From assembly GCA_013696465.1 (NCBI GenBank), contig JACCYN010000379.1, positions 1-55,342 on the forward strand: DNA of 55,342 nt, given 5' to 3'. The DNA is from Pyrinomonadaceae bacterium (GTDB lineage: Bacteria > Acidobacteriota > Blastocatellia > Pyrinomonadales > Pyrinomonadaceae). Under the pieces are notes generated by a model, which saw nothing but the letters and a program-made list of their open reading frames with translations, did no database searches and was not told where the DNA came from. This document shows, piece by piece, positions 1 to 9,528 of this stretch (positions within the stretch are counted from its first letter, which is position 1; each line of letters begins with the position of its first letter). Made by a program: the position numbers and the translations under genes.

Positions 1-30
1 AGGCGCTTGCCTGTTGACATGGAGAGAATT

Positions 31-448
31 ATGAATAAGAAACTTGTAAAGCTCCAATTGATAATCTTTGGTTGCCTGCTGTAAGTCGCCATAGTTTTTG
101 TAAATGGACACCCTAGACCAGTCCGCAGCCCTCCAATTTGAAACGCGCTGCGGTTGGCTTAGTAATCCGACGCCCGCGAACATTTGGCTGTATGATCGGG
201 ACGGCGAATGGATAATCGGGATACAAGGCGGGTATCAGGTTGAAGGCGACTGGGAATTGCCGTATTTCAGTCCGCGGCAATGGGTGCGGACTAATGTAGA
301 CAGCTATGGCTATGGATGCGCGTGCCTGCGGCTTCGAGTCAACAGAGAGACTCACGAAGTGATAGAGATTGAAAGTTCCCGTGCGCGTCCATTGGCAGCA
401 TGTCGTCAGGATCGCTCGTTAAGGCGATGGAGGCGTATGTTTAGGTGA
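31..448 (+). pseudogene. Secreted DUF4087-like protein with a disrupted N-terminus (stop at 82-84, frameshift near 106-112); intact downstream ORF 104..448
   Basis: GGAGAG RBS then ATG31 encodes signal-like MNKKLVKLQLIIFGCLL*VAIVFVNG. The mature domain (RCGWLSNPTPANIWLYDRDGEW...YGYGCAC) is in a different frame. Confidence 0.6.
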
Positions 449-465
449 AAAATATTTGGAGAGCC

Positions 466-487
466 GCGCCGAATAAGTCATTGGAAC
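466..487 (+). mobile_element. Truncated attC-like left half
   Basis: GCCGAATAAGTCATTGGA closely matches GCCCAACAAGTCATTGGA at 9529-9546; no right half seen. Confidence 0.5.
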
Positions 488-522
488 TGGTGTAGAAATA
501 AAGAAGTTCTACGGCTGTATTC

Positions 523-999
523 TTAATTCTCCCTCCATTCCGGTATCGCTCGCACGCGCCTGACATAGATCGAGGCGCCCTGCACTCTTTCCACTACGAC
601 GCGCTCGCCAGTTTCCAGTGGCTGTTCGCCTTCTGCCGGATAGGCTGTCCAAGTCGATCCGAAAACTTTAACCGCGCCCTCGTGTAGCGCGCCGCGACTT
701 GATGTGCTGACTGTGCCGATCTGTCCCGGAAGCGCGTCAACGCCCGTTTTGAGTTCGGGGCTGCCGCTGCCGTGCGTGAAGTAATTGCTGAAGATTGTTC
801 GTGAAAGAGCTGTTAGCCCAATCGAGACAACGAAGAAGCCGAGAAACTGTAGTGGGTAATCAAAGCCGATGACGCTCATGAACGCGGCGGTGAGCGCACC
901 GACGCCGAACCAGAGCAAGACAAAACCGGGCGTGAATATTTCGGCGATGATGAGGATCACGCCGAGCACCGCCCAGAGAATTGGTATTAGCATCTCCAT
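523..999 (-). CDS. NfeD-like membrane protein (C-terminal OB fold)
   Basis: Three N-terminal TM helices (IIAEIFTPGFVLLWFG), then G-x-V-x-V-x-G-x-x-W-x-A OB-fold pattern. Confidence 0.85.
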   Translation of the reverse strand: MEMLIPILWAVLGVILIIAEIFTPGFVLLWFGVGALTAAFMSVIGFDYPLQFLGFFVVSIGLTALSRTIFSNYFTHGSGSPELKTGVDALPGQIGTVSTSSRGALHEGAVKVFGSTWTAYPAEGEQPLETGERVVVERVQGASIYVRRVRAIPEWREN

Positions 1000-1006
1000 T
1001 TGTCGC

Positions 1007-1504
1007 TTAGGGGTTGCGCCCGGCGCGGCGCGGCACAGGCTCCAGTAATTCAGTTGTACGGTCGGTCACGCTTCGTCCCGCGTTAAACTCAACGGCTTCG
1101 CTTGCAGGAAGCGAAGGCGCGGTTGAGTTATTGGCGAATTGTGCATTTTGGTCGCCGGGTGCGTTGTTGGCGCGCCCTCTTTTTAAGTGTCGATCAAGTT
1201 TGAGTGCGATAAAGAGATTGCAGATTTGCCACACGGCGACAGTGAGGCTGAAGGCGGCCGCGACGTAAACCGCCCAGTTCCCCTTGCCGGTTCCCAGATG
1301 CGTGGCGTAGAGTGCGATTGCCGAGAACAACGCGAAACTCGCGCTCAACACGCTCATGATGCGAATCATTTTGATGTTCTGCTGCGGAGACGAACCGCCA
1401 AACTCCGTCTGTGCCGACACTTTCGGATCGGGCAGCCATTCGCCGCAGCGTGTGCAATAAGATTTCGTTTTCTGATTTCCGGCTCCGCAGCTAAGGCAAA
1501 ACAT
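1007..1504 (-). CDS. Zinc-ribbon, 2-TM membrane protein with C-terminal SVTDRTTELL motif
   Basis: MFCLSCG...YCTRCG, two hydrophobic helices, upstream GGAAGGA RBS. Confidence 0.8.
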   Translation of the reverse strand: MFCLSCGAGNQKTKSYCTRCGEWLPDPKVSAQTEFGGSSPQQNIKMIRIMSVLSASFALFSAIALYATHLGTGKGNWAVYVAAAFSLTVAVWQICNLFIALKLDRHLKRGRANNAPGDQNAQFANNSTAPSLPASEAVEFNAGRSVTDRTTELLEPVPRRAGRNP

Positions 1505-1537
1505 AATTCAATCCTTCCATCCCCACCTTATCGTGTT

Positions 1538-2458
1538 TTAACCTCTGAGCAAATTCTTCGTGATAAACCAGACGTTGGCGGGTCGCTCCGCCAAGCGGCG
1601 CATGAAATACGGATACCAGTGTTTGCCGTAAGGCACGTAGACGCGCATGTTGTAGCCGTCGCGCGCGAGCTGCTCTTGCAAATCGCGGCGCACGCCGTAG
1701 AGCATTTGAAATTCAAATTTGTCTTTGCCGATGTTCTCTTTTTTGACATGATTAATCGTCGCTTCGATCATGCGTTCATCGTGCGTCGCAATGCCGTGAT
1801 ACGTGCCCGAAGAAAGCAACGTGCGCATTAGTTTCACGTAGTTTGCGTCAACATCCTTTTTGTCGGGGAATGCGACCTCTGCCCCTTCGTTGTAAGCTCC
1901 TTTGCAAAGACGTATGCGCGCCGGAATCTTTAGCAGATCGCGCACGTCCGATTCGGTGCGACGCAAATAGGATTGCACGACGATGCCGACCGTGTTCAAG
2001 TCGAACTCATCGCGCAGACGCTTGAAGATGTCAATCGTCACCTGCGTCACGTCCGAGCCTTCCATGTCAACGCGCACAAAGTTGCCGCGTTCAGCCGCTT
2101 CGACAACGACCGCACGGGCGTTCGTGTAACCCAACTCCGGGTCAATGCCGAGACCAAACTGTGTGAGTTTGATCGAGACGTTGGAGCGGATGCCCGTCGC
2201 ATCAATGCGCGAGAGGATGCGCAGGTATTCGCGCACTTCCTCTTCAGTTTCTTCACTGCGCGCGACGGATTCGTTAAGGTGATCGAACGAGGCCGTGCAA
2301 CCGAGCTTGTTAATCTCGCGGATCGCGCTCGCCGCGTCGTCAATGGTTTCGCCCGCGACAAAGCGCGTGGTTAAATTTTTGAACGGGCGAAAGCGCGTCG
2401 CAAAGTCCTTCAATCCCTCTTGACGCGAAAGGTAAAGCAGAGCGTTTCTAGCAACCAT
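1538..2458 (-). CDS. Monofunctional proline dehydrogenase
   Basis: RFVAGE, SIKLTQ, VRVDME, IRLCKGAY, IATHD, FEFQMLYG, VYVPYG...YFMRRLAERPAN motifs. Confidence 0.95.
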   Translation of the reverse strand: MVARNALLYLSRQEGLKDFATRFRPFKNLTTRFVAGETIDDAASAIREINKLGCTASFDHLNESVARSEETEEEVREYLRILSRIDATGIRSNVSIKLTQFGLGIDPELGYTNARAVVVEAAERGNFVRVDMEGSDVTQVTIDIFKRLRDEFDLNTVGIVVQSYLRRTESDVRDLLKIPARIRLCKGAYNEGAEVAFPDKKDVDANYVKLMRTLLSSGTYHGIATHDERMIEATINHVKKENIGKDKFEFQMLYGVRRDLQEQLARDGYNMRVYVPYGKHWYPYFMRRLAERPANVWFITKNLLRG

Positions 2459-2670
2459 CGTTTCCTTTGTTCCTCAAATGAATAAAACTCAAATTTCAAA
2501 TTCGGTTTCTAAACACTGCATACGCAAAAGCACAAAGCCTGCATTTCTTTTCTACACAAACAGTTCGCCCTGATTATGGTATGCTTAAAGTCGTTTTAGC
2601 CCTTACCTAGTAACAAATTTTGGGACTGCTTTCTACGATTTTTGTTTCTTCTTCAGAAGATTCAATTCAC

Positions 2671-3048
2671 ATGCGCTGGAAGCTGTTAATCATCACCTCC
2701 CTGCTTGCCGCCCTTATCGGCGCGCTTCCCCTGCTGCTAGGCTTCCACTTCGGGATTTTCGGCTCGCTTCCCACGACATGGAGCGTGCTACTCATCAATT
2801 TGAATCCAAGAGTTTTATTGTCTCTGTTACTACCAATTGCCGCGATCACTTATGCAACTGTTTTTGTTTACCGCCATACCGCACGACGGCGCGTGCTGCA
2901 AGCAAGCATCACAGCTTTACTCGCCGTTCTTCTTACGTCGGCAGCTCTCAACTTCGGCGTAATGTTCCTTAGCAACTTTTCTTCTCCAAAAGCCGCGAGC
3001 AATCAAACACTACACATCATCGTCCTCCTCAAAGGGTCAACTCTTTAA
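2671..3048 (+). CDS. Small multi-TM hypothetical membrane protein
   Basis: ATG2671 MRWKLLIITSLLAALIG; about three hydrophobic segments. Confidence 0.65.
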   Translation: MRWKLLIITSLLAALIGALPLLLGFHFGIFGSLPTTWSVLLINLNPRVLLSLLLPIAAITYATVFVYRHTARRRVLQASITALLAVLLTSAALNFGVMFLSNFSSPKAASNQTLHIIVLLKGSTL

Positions 3049-3185
3049 CCGTTTACTGCCGCCGAAACGAAAAGATTTGTGTCCCGTGCGGCGGGCTTCG
3101 CGTCGTAATACTTCATAATGTTTGAAGTGCTAATTACCGTCGCAATGATACCATCGGCACGGGTTCGCACCAATGTTTATCTTGT

Positions 3186-3767
3186 TTACTCCGCGTCGCT
3201 TGGCCGCAAATCGAGTTCGGATTGCGCGGGATGTAAAGCGTCAATCACAAAGCGGATGTGGTCGTCCAATTCGACGCCGAGTTCTGCCGCGCCCTGCCGA
3301 ATGTCGTCGCGGTTAACGGTGCGCGCGAAGGCTTTGTCTTTAAGTTTCTTTTTAACGGACGACACTTCGAGTCCGTCGAGATTGCGCGACGGGCGCACGA
3401 GCGCGCACGCGACGAGGAAGCCGCACAATTCGTCAACCGCAAACAGGGCGCGCGCCATCTGCGTGTCGCGAGGCACACCTGTGTACGGCGCGTGCCCCAT
3501 GATCGCGCGGATCATCTGATCGGGATAGCCGCGCCCGCAGAGGATATTCGCGCCTTTATAGGGATGCTCCGCCTCACCCGGAAACATTTCATAATCGAAG
3601 TCATGCAGCAAGCCTGTGATGCCCCATTCTTCGGCGTCCCCTTCCCCATCGCCGTAGCGCAGAGCACATTGCCGCATCGCCGCTTCAACCGCGAGCGCAT
3701 GACGCCGCAAACTCTCGCCCTTCGTGTATTCGCAAAGCAATTGCCACGCATCGTTTCGGTCAGGCAT
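3186..3767 (-). CDS. HD-superfamily (HDIG-type) phosphohydrolase
   Basis: RHALAVE, GLLHDFDYE, AIMGH, AVDEL motifs; probable start MPDRNDAW at 3767. Confidence 0.9.
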   Translation of the reverse strand: MPDRNDAWQLLCEYTKGESLRRHALAVEAAMRQCALRYGDGEGDAEEWGITGLLHDFDYEMFPGEAEHPYKGANILCGRGYPDQMIRAIMGHAPYTGVPRDTQMARALFAVDELCGFLVACALVRPSRNLDGLEVSSVKKKLKDKAFARTVNRDDIRQGAAELGVELDDHIRFVIDALHPAQSELDLRPSDAE

Positions 3768-3863
3768 CGTAAATTTCCGTCGCATTTGGAGAAATGGTGG
3801 ATAGCATTTACGAAAGTTTCGCACGTTTCCCGCCCGACCTTCAATATTTGCCGTCGTTGTGGC

Positions 3864-3892
3864 TTGCCGCTCGCAGATTCATCAACTAAAAT
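3864..3892 (+). promoter_or_regulatory. Sigma70-type promoter for hemA
   Basis: TTGCCG-17 bp-TAAAAT, 30 bp upstream of the hemA ATG. Confidence 0.55.
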
Positions 3893-3922
3893 GCTTATGA
3901 AATTTTTCTTTTTCGTAACTCC

Positions 3923-5191
3923 ATGTCAATTGTTCTGGTCGGGATCAGCCACAAAACCGCTCCGGTCGAGATTCGTGAGTCGCTCGCGTTCACAAAGGAT
4001 GCGTGTGCCGAAAGTCTCGGCGCGCTTGTGGACGGCGCGGCGGTGCGCGAAGCCTTGATCGTTTCGACGTGCAACCGCGTGGAGGTAATCTCGGCAACGG
4101 GCGATAATCAAGAAGAGGAAGGCGTGGCGCGCATCTGTGATTTTTTAAGCACAAAGCGCAATGTGCCTCCCGCCCTGCTCGCCAATCACATTTACGTTCA
4201 CCGCGATGAAGCGGCGGTGCGACATTTGTTTCGCGTCGCGGCGTCGCTTGATTCGATGGTCGTTGGCGAACCACAAGTGCTCGGTCAAGTGCGTGAGGCT
4301 TATTCGCTGGCGACGGAGCGCGGCACAACGGGGCGCGTGTTGCATCGCCTTTTGCATCACGCGCTGCGCGTCGCCAAGCGCGTCCGCACGGAGACGGGGA
4401 TCGCCTCTTCAGCAGTTTCGATAAGTTACGCGGCGGTCGAATTGGGGCGGAGGATTTTCGGCACGCTCGCAGGTCGCACGGTGATGTTGGTCGGCGCGGG
4501 TGAAATGGCCGAACTCGCCGCGCGTCATCTCGCGCGCAACGGAGCCGCGCGCATCCTTATCGCCAACCGCACGAAAGATACCGCGCGCGCGCTTGCCGCA
4601 CAGTTCGGCGGCGAAGCGTTTACTCTTGCTTCTCTCTCTCAACACCTCCCGCAAGCCGACATCATCATTTGCTCGACGGCGGCTGAAAGTTTCGTGATCA
4701 CGAAGGAGATGGCCGAAGAAGCTTCGCGGGTGCGCGGGGGGCGTCCAGCCTTCTTCATTGACATCAGCGTGCCGCGCAACGTCGATCCGGCGATCAGCGA
4801 CTTAGAAAATTCATTCGTTTACGATGTTGATGATCTGGCGTCGGTGGTGGAGACGAACAAGCGCGAACGCGAACGCGAAGCAGCGCGCGCCGAGTTGATC
4901 GTAGATTCGGAAGTTGAGCAGTTTAATCAGAAACTGCGTTTTATGGAGATCGGTTCAACCGTTGACGCGCTGCGGTGTAAGCTTCAACGCATCGCCGACG
5001 CCGAGTATGAACGCCAGCGTCACCGTCTGGGCGATCTCACTCCACAGCAGGAGCAAGCAGTGCGGGCGTTAATCGAAGCGACGATCAATAAAATATCTCA
5101 CCCTGTCATTCATCGCCTGCGTCGTTCATATGAAACAGGCGAGGCGGAAAACGTGCAGGCGTGGCGCGACAGTTTCGGCATTGAAGAATAG
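3923..5191 (+). CDS. hemA: Glutamyl-tRNA reductase
   Basis: HKTAPVEIRE, STCNRVE, LDSMVVGEPQVLGQ, GAGEM, DISVPRN. Confidence 0.97.
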   Translation: MSIVLVGISHKTAPVEIRESLAFTKDACAESLGALVDGAAVREALIVSTCNRVEVISATGDNQEEEGVARICDFLSTKRNVPPALLANHIYVHRDEAAVRHLFRVAASLDSMVVGEPQVLGQVREAYSLATERGTTGRVLHRLLHHALRVAKRVRTETGIASSAVSISYAAVELGRRIFGTLAGRTVMLVGAGEMAELAARHLARNGAARILIANRTKDTARALAAQFGGEAFTLASLSQHLPQADIIICSTAAESFVITKEMAEEASRVRGGRPAFFIDISVPRNVDPAISDLENSFVYDVDDLASVVETNKREREREAARAELIVDSEVEQFNQKLRFMEIGSTVDALRCKLQRIADAEYERQRHRLGDLTPQQEQAVRALIEATINKISHPVIHRLRRSYETGEAENVQAWRDSFGIEE

Positions 5192-6140
5192 CAATTCATT
5201 CATTATCGGCTCGCGTGGTTCTCAACTCGCTTTGCAGCAAGCGAAAACGATTCAGGCGCGCCTGCAAACCCTTTCGCCGCACGCGGAAGTCCACATTGAG
5301 ATCATCAAGACCACTGGCGACCGTCTTAAAAACGCTCCGCTCTCAATCATCGGCGGTCAAGGCGTTTTCACCAAAGAACTTGAAGAAGCCCTGCTCGACG
5401 AACGAATTGACATCGCGGTTCACTCGCTCAAAGATTTACCCACCATCCTTCCGCACGGGCTTCACATCGCCGCCATAACCGAACGCGAAGACCCGCGCGA
5501 TGCTCTCGTGTTGCCCGCCCATGTTTCGCAGCAGCGTTCTCATCTTCAAACTTCGCTTGCGTCTCTTCCTGAGAACGCAGTCGTCGGCACATCAAGTCCG
5601 CGCCGCTCTTCACAGTTGAAACATCTTCATCCGCATCTTGAAATCAAAGAACTGCGCGGCAATGTTGACACGCGACTCGCCAAGCTTGATCGCGGAGACT
5701 ACGATGCGATCATCCTCGCCGCCGCCGGATTACGCAGATTAGGATCGGCAGAGCGTATAACTTCATACATTCCGATTGAAGAAATTTTGCCTGCGGTCGG
5801 ACAAGGCGCGCTCGGCATTGAAACGCGCACCGAAGATCAGAGGACAAACAAGTTTACGCAAAACCTTAACGACGAACCGACGGCATTAACGTGCGCGGCC
5901 GAACGCGCACTTCTGCGCAGTTTGGGCGGTGGCTGCCAACTGCCAATCGCCGCTCACGCTTTCATCACAAACACGAACCGCCTGCAACTTCACGGTATGG
6001 TTGCAAATCGCTCTGGCGAGATTGTGATCCGTGACGGGGTAGAAGGCGAAGCAAACGAGCCGCAGCGTTTAGGCGAAACGCTCGCCGAACAGCTAATGAA
6101 ACGCGGCGCAAACCGCTTGCTTCATGAATTGCAGTCTTGA
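5181..6140 (+). CDS. hemC: Hydroxymethylbilane synthase
   Basis: GSRGSQLA, GVFTKELE, AVHSLKDLP, GTSSPRR, LRGNVDTRL, GGGCQLP; probable TTG start at 5181. Confidence 0.97.
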   Translation: MKNSNSFIIGSRGSQLALQQAKTIQARLQTLSPHAEVHIEIIKTTGDRLKNAPLSIIGGQGVFTKELEEALLDERIDIAVHSLKDLPTILPHGLHIAAITEREDPRDALVLPAHVSQQRSHLQTSLASLPENAVVGTSSPRRSSQLKHLHPHLEIKELRGNVDTRLAKLDRGDYDAIILAAAGLRRLGSAERITSYIPIEEILPAVGQGALGIETRTEDQRTNKFTQNLNDEPTALTCAAERALLRSLGGGCQLPIAAHAFITNTNRLQLHGMVANRSGEIVIRDGVEGEANEPQRLGETLAEQLMKRGANRLLHELQS

Positions 6141-6219
6141 ATTTCAAACGCCGCAGCGTCTGAACTCGCTCACACCAAAAGCGGAACGGCGTTTTCATTG
6201 CTTCATAACTTGTTATTCA

Positions 6220-7026
6220 ATGCGTAATAAAGTATTGCCGCTCTTAGATCGCACGATCATGATCACGCGCCCGCGCACGCAGGCCGCCGAATTCGCGCAA
6301 CAACTCGAAGATTACGGCGCGCGCGTCGTGCAGTGTCCGATGATTGAGATCATCGAGCCGGAGTCTTATGAAGCGGTTGATGAAGCGATTGGTAATCTCT
6401 ACGGTTATGATTGGGTGATTTTCACGAGCGCGAACGGCGTCGAGTATTTCATGCGGCGATTAAGCGTGAACGGACGGGATGCGAGCGCGTTGGACGATTT
6501 GCGCGTGTGCGCCATCGGCGAGCGAACGGCCGAAGCGTTACGCGAAGCTGCGGTTCACGTTGACGTTGTGCCGGAGGAGTTTAAGGCCGAAGGCGTCTTT
6601 CGCGCGCTCGAAACATACATGGGCGGGCGGGAGAAACTGCAAGGGCAGGTTTTCCTTTTCCCCCGCGCTGCCGTCGCGCGCGATTATCTTCCTCGCGCTT
6701 TGGAAGAAGCGTGCGCGCGTGCCGATGTGGTCACAGTCTATCGCACTGTGCCGCCACAGAATCTGGATCGGGCGCGCGTTGAAGTGATGCTTGCGGGCGG
6801 CGGTATTGATTGCATTACATTCACGAGTTCGTCAACCGTTGCAAACTTCGCTCTGCTATTCGACACGACCGACCTAAACCAACTGCTCGCGGGCGTAGAC
6901 ATCGCGTGTATCGGTGACATCACCGCGCAGACGGCTGCCGATTACAACTTGCAGATTGACATTCAACCCGCAGAGTTCACCACCGCCGCGCTCGCAAGCG
7001 CCATCGCCGACTTTTACTCTCAATAG
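6220..7026 (+). CDS. hemD: Uroporphyrinogen-III synthase
   Basis: ITRP, YDWVIFTSANGV, AIGERTA, FTSSSTV, CIGDITA; probable ATG at 6220. Confidence 0.93.
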   Translation: MRNKVLPLLDRTIMITRPRTQAAEFAQQLEDYGARVVQCPMIEIIEPESYEAVDEAIGNLYGYDWVIFTSANGVEYFMRRLSVNGRDASALDDLRVCAIGERTAEALREAAVHVDVVPEEFKAEGVFRALETYMGGREKLQGQVFLFPRAAVARDYLPRALEEACARADVVTVYRTVPPQNLDRARVEVMLAGGGIDCITFTSSSTVANFALLFDTTDLNQLLAGVDIACIGDITAQTAADYNLQIDIQPAEFTTAALASAIADFYSQ

Positions 7027-7070
7027 AATCTCCGGGCGCGGGCGTCTTGACCAAACCGTCGCTTCTTCTG

Positions 7071-7079
7071 TGCTAAACT
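7071..7079 (+). promoter_or_regulatory. Extended -10 element, possibly driving a leaderless mRNA
   Basis: TGCTAAACT followed 7 bp later by ATG7087; no SD sequence. Confidence 0.45.
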
Positions 7080-7086
7080 GCGTTTG

Positions 7087-8520
7087 ATGCTGAAGCCGAA
7101 AGTTCTCATTGTTGACGACGAACCGGCCATCGCCGATGGTTTGCGCGATCTCCTCCATGAATGGGGTTTCGAGGTCGAATCGGAGCGGGACGGCTTCGCG
7201 GCGCTCGACCGCATCGAAAGTTTTCATCCTTCCGTAATCCTTACCGACGTTCTGATGCCGCGCATGGGCGGCTTCGCTTTGTTGAAAGAAGTGCGCGCGC
7301 GTTACCCGGAAACGGCCGTGATCCTTTTGACGGGGCGCGGCGATGTTGAAACGGCCGTGCGCGCCATCCGCGAAGAAGGCGCGTATCACTACTTTGAAAA
7401 GCCGGTCGAGCCGCACAAGCTGCGCATCGTCGTCGAGCGCGCCATCGAGCACACAGCGGCCAAACGCGAAAACGAAATTCTGCGCAAACAACTGCGCGAC
7501 AGCGGAGTGTTCGGCGAACTCGTCGGTTCGTCCGAATCAATGCGGCAGATTTACGCGCTCGTCGAACAGGTTGCGCCGTCGTCGGCTTCCGTCTTGATCA
7601 CGGGCGCATCGGGGACAGGCAAAGAACTCGTCGCGCGCACGATTCACAATCTGAGTCCACGAAAGAACGCGCCGTTTGTCGCCATTAATTGCTCGGCGAT
7701 CCCTGAGACGCTGATGGAATCCGAACTATTCGGACACGAAAGGGGCGCGTTCACAGGCGCGGCGCTGCGACGACAAGGATGCTTTGAACTCGCTCACACG
7801 GGCACGCTCTTGCTCGACGAAATCGCCGAGATGCCGACGTTTCTGCAAGCAAAGCTTCTGCGCGTGTTGGAAGAGCGAACCGTGCGGCGTTTAGGCGGGC
7901 GGCAAGAAATCCCGGTTGACGTGCGCGTGCTTGCGGCAACGAATAAAAATCCGTTGGAGCGCGTGCGGAGCGGAGAGTTCCGCGAAGACTTGCTGTATCG
8001 TTTGAATGTCATCAGCATCGAATTGCCCGCACTGCGTCACCGAAAAGACGATCTACCGCTTCTCGCTCAACATCTCGTTGACCAACTCTCCGAGAAGCAC
8101 ACGCGCCCGGCGCGATCCTTAAGCCCCGCCGCGCTCGACGCGCTTCAATCCTACGATTGGCCGGGCAACGTGCGCGAGTTGCGCAACGCGATTGAGCGCG
8201 CTGTGATCATCTGTTCCGGCGATCAGATTCAGCGTCATCATCTTGCCCCCTACCCGGTCGAACAACGCCAGCGCGTGCGCAGCGAAGACACGATTACGCT
8301 TCCCGTCGGCACGCCGATTGAAGAGGTCGAGCGGCAAATGATTCTGCGCACTCTACAAAAAACCGACAACAACAAAACCCGCGCCGCCGAACTGCTGCAA
8401 ATAAGCCTCAAGACTTTGCATAACAAACTTCGCAGCTACCGCGAACGCGGTCAACTCCCTGACTCCATTCAGTATCACCCGACGAGTCTTTCGCCTGTTG
8501 ACAACAACGCCGGGCACTAA
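7087..8520 (+). CDS. NtrC/AtoC-family sigma54-dependent response regulator
   Basis: REC domain (IVDDE, TDVLMP), AAA+ [36 protein letters not shown]-terminal Fis HTH. Confidence 0.95.
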   Translation: MLKPKVLIVDDEPAIADGLRDLLHEWGFEVESERDGFAALDRIESFHPSVILTDVLMPRMGGFALLKEVRARYPETAVILLTGRGDVETAVRAIREEGAYHYFEKPVEPHKLRIVVERAIEHTAAKRENEILRKQLRDSGVFGELVGSSESMRQIYALVEQVAPSSASVLITGASGTGKELVARTIHNLSPRKNAPFVAINCSAIPETLMESELFGHERGAFTGAALRRQGCFELAHTGTLLLDEIAEMPTFLQAKLLRVLEERTVRRLGGRQEIPVDVRVLAATNKNPLERVRSGEFREDLLYRLNVISIELPALRHRKDDLPLLAQHLVDQLSEKHTRPARSLSPAALDALQSYDWPGNVRELRNAIERAVIICSGDQIQRHHLAPYPVEQRQRVRSEDTITLPVGTPIEEVERQMILRTLQKTDNNKTRAAELLQISLKTLHNKLRSYRERGQLPDSIQYHPTSLSPVDNNAGH

Positions 8521-8549
8521 AATTATAGTTCGACGGCTCGTGTGACTCA

Positions 8550-9491
8550 ATGCCACATTCAGTTCGTAGGAACGAGTTAGCAAATGCCGCAATCAAATTA
8601 TGGCGGGGTGATAGTGAATCGCTCCAATATCTCGGTGACTCTGCTAATTATGTTTACAGCTTTGTTCACTCTGGCAAAACGCGCTACCTTCGACTTACTT
8701 CGAGTTATGACAGAACGAAGGAACAAATTGAAGCGGAACTCGATTTTATTGCTTATCTTCATCGAAGCGGCGTTGGTGCCGCGCTTCCGATTTCTTCTGT
8801 TGCGCGGCGACTCCTCGAAGACATACCTTTTGCAAATGCTTTTCTGTTTGCCTGCCTCTTTGAGGAAGCGGAAGGTGAGCGTTTTAGATATGATTCCGCC
8901 AAATCTAACAAAGAACACTTTAGACTTCGTGGCAGAACGCTTGGACAAATTCACGCTCTCTCAAAAGATTACGTTCCTTCCAATAGCTTTCGTAGATTCG
9001 CTTGGAATGAGGACAAGCTGTTGTTTGATGTGGAGGACTTTCTACCTAAGTCCGAGAAGATTGTTTGGCAAGAATATGATGCGCTGAAAGAACGATTGCG
9101 AGATTATCCAAAGTCAAATCAAACATTTGGCTTGATACACGGTGATTTCGGAGAAACAAATTACCGATACCAAGACGCACGGTTAAATATCTTTGATTTT
9201 GATGATTGTTGCTATCACTGGTTCGCATATGACGTTGCCATTACAATTTACCCGCACGGCTGGCGGAAAGAAGGCTTACAGCTTTTGGAGTGGCTGATTG
9301 AAGGCTATTCCGAAAATATGCCGTTGAGCGTGACGTTTGCCGACCTGACGATGTTTTGTCAATGGCGGTTGCTGTATATGTTTTTAGTTTATGCCCGAAG
9401 GTGGGGCTTTGAGAATTTGTCAGAACAACAAGCAATATGGTTTGCACAGAAACGAGAGAATCTTGCTCGCGGGTATCAGTGGTGTTCGTAA
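8550..9491 (+). CDS. APH/choline-kinase superfamily phosphotransferase (YerI/AmiN or type II homoserine kinase-like)
   Basis: N-x-VY, YLRLT, AELDFI, Brenner motif LIHGDFGETN, IFDFDD; lower GC than flanks. Confidence 0.85.
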   Translation: MPHSVRRNELANAAIKLWRGDSESLQYLGDSANYVYSFVHSGKTRYLRLTSSYDRTKEQIEAELDFIAYLHRSGVGAALPISSVARRLLEDIPFANAFLFACLFEEAEGERFRYDSAKSNKEHFRLRGRTLGQIHALSKDYVPSNSFRRFAWNEDKLLFDVEDFLPKSEKIVWQEYDALKERLRDYPKSNQTFGLIHGDFGETNYRYQDARLNIFDFDDCCYHWFAYDVAITIYPHGWRKEGLQLLEWLIEGYSENMPLSVTFADLTMFCQWRLLYMFLVYARRWGFENLSEQQAIWFAQKRENLARGYQWCS

Positions 9492-9528
9492 ACAAAAGCT
9501 ATACACTCTGGTCTAGGGTCTAGACGCC

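Noticed and set aside
3049..3185. 6S RNA
   Set aside because: The paired region is only about 90 nt, well short of typical 6S RNAs; kept only as an unexplained hairpin.
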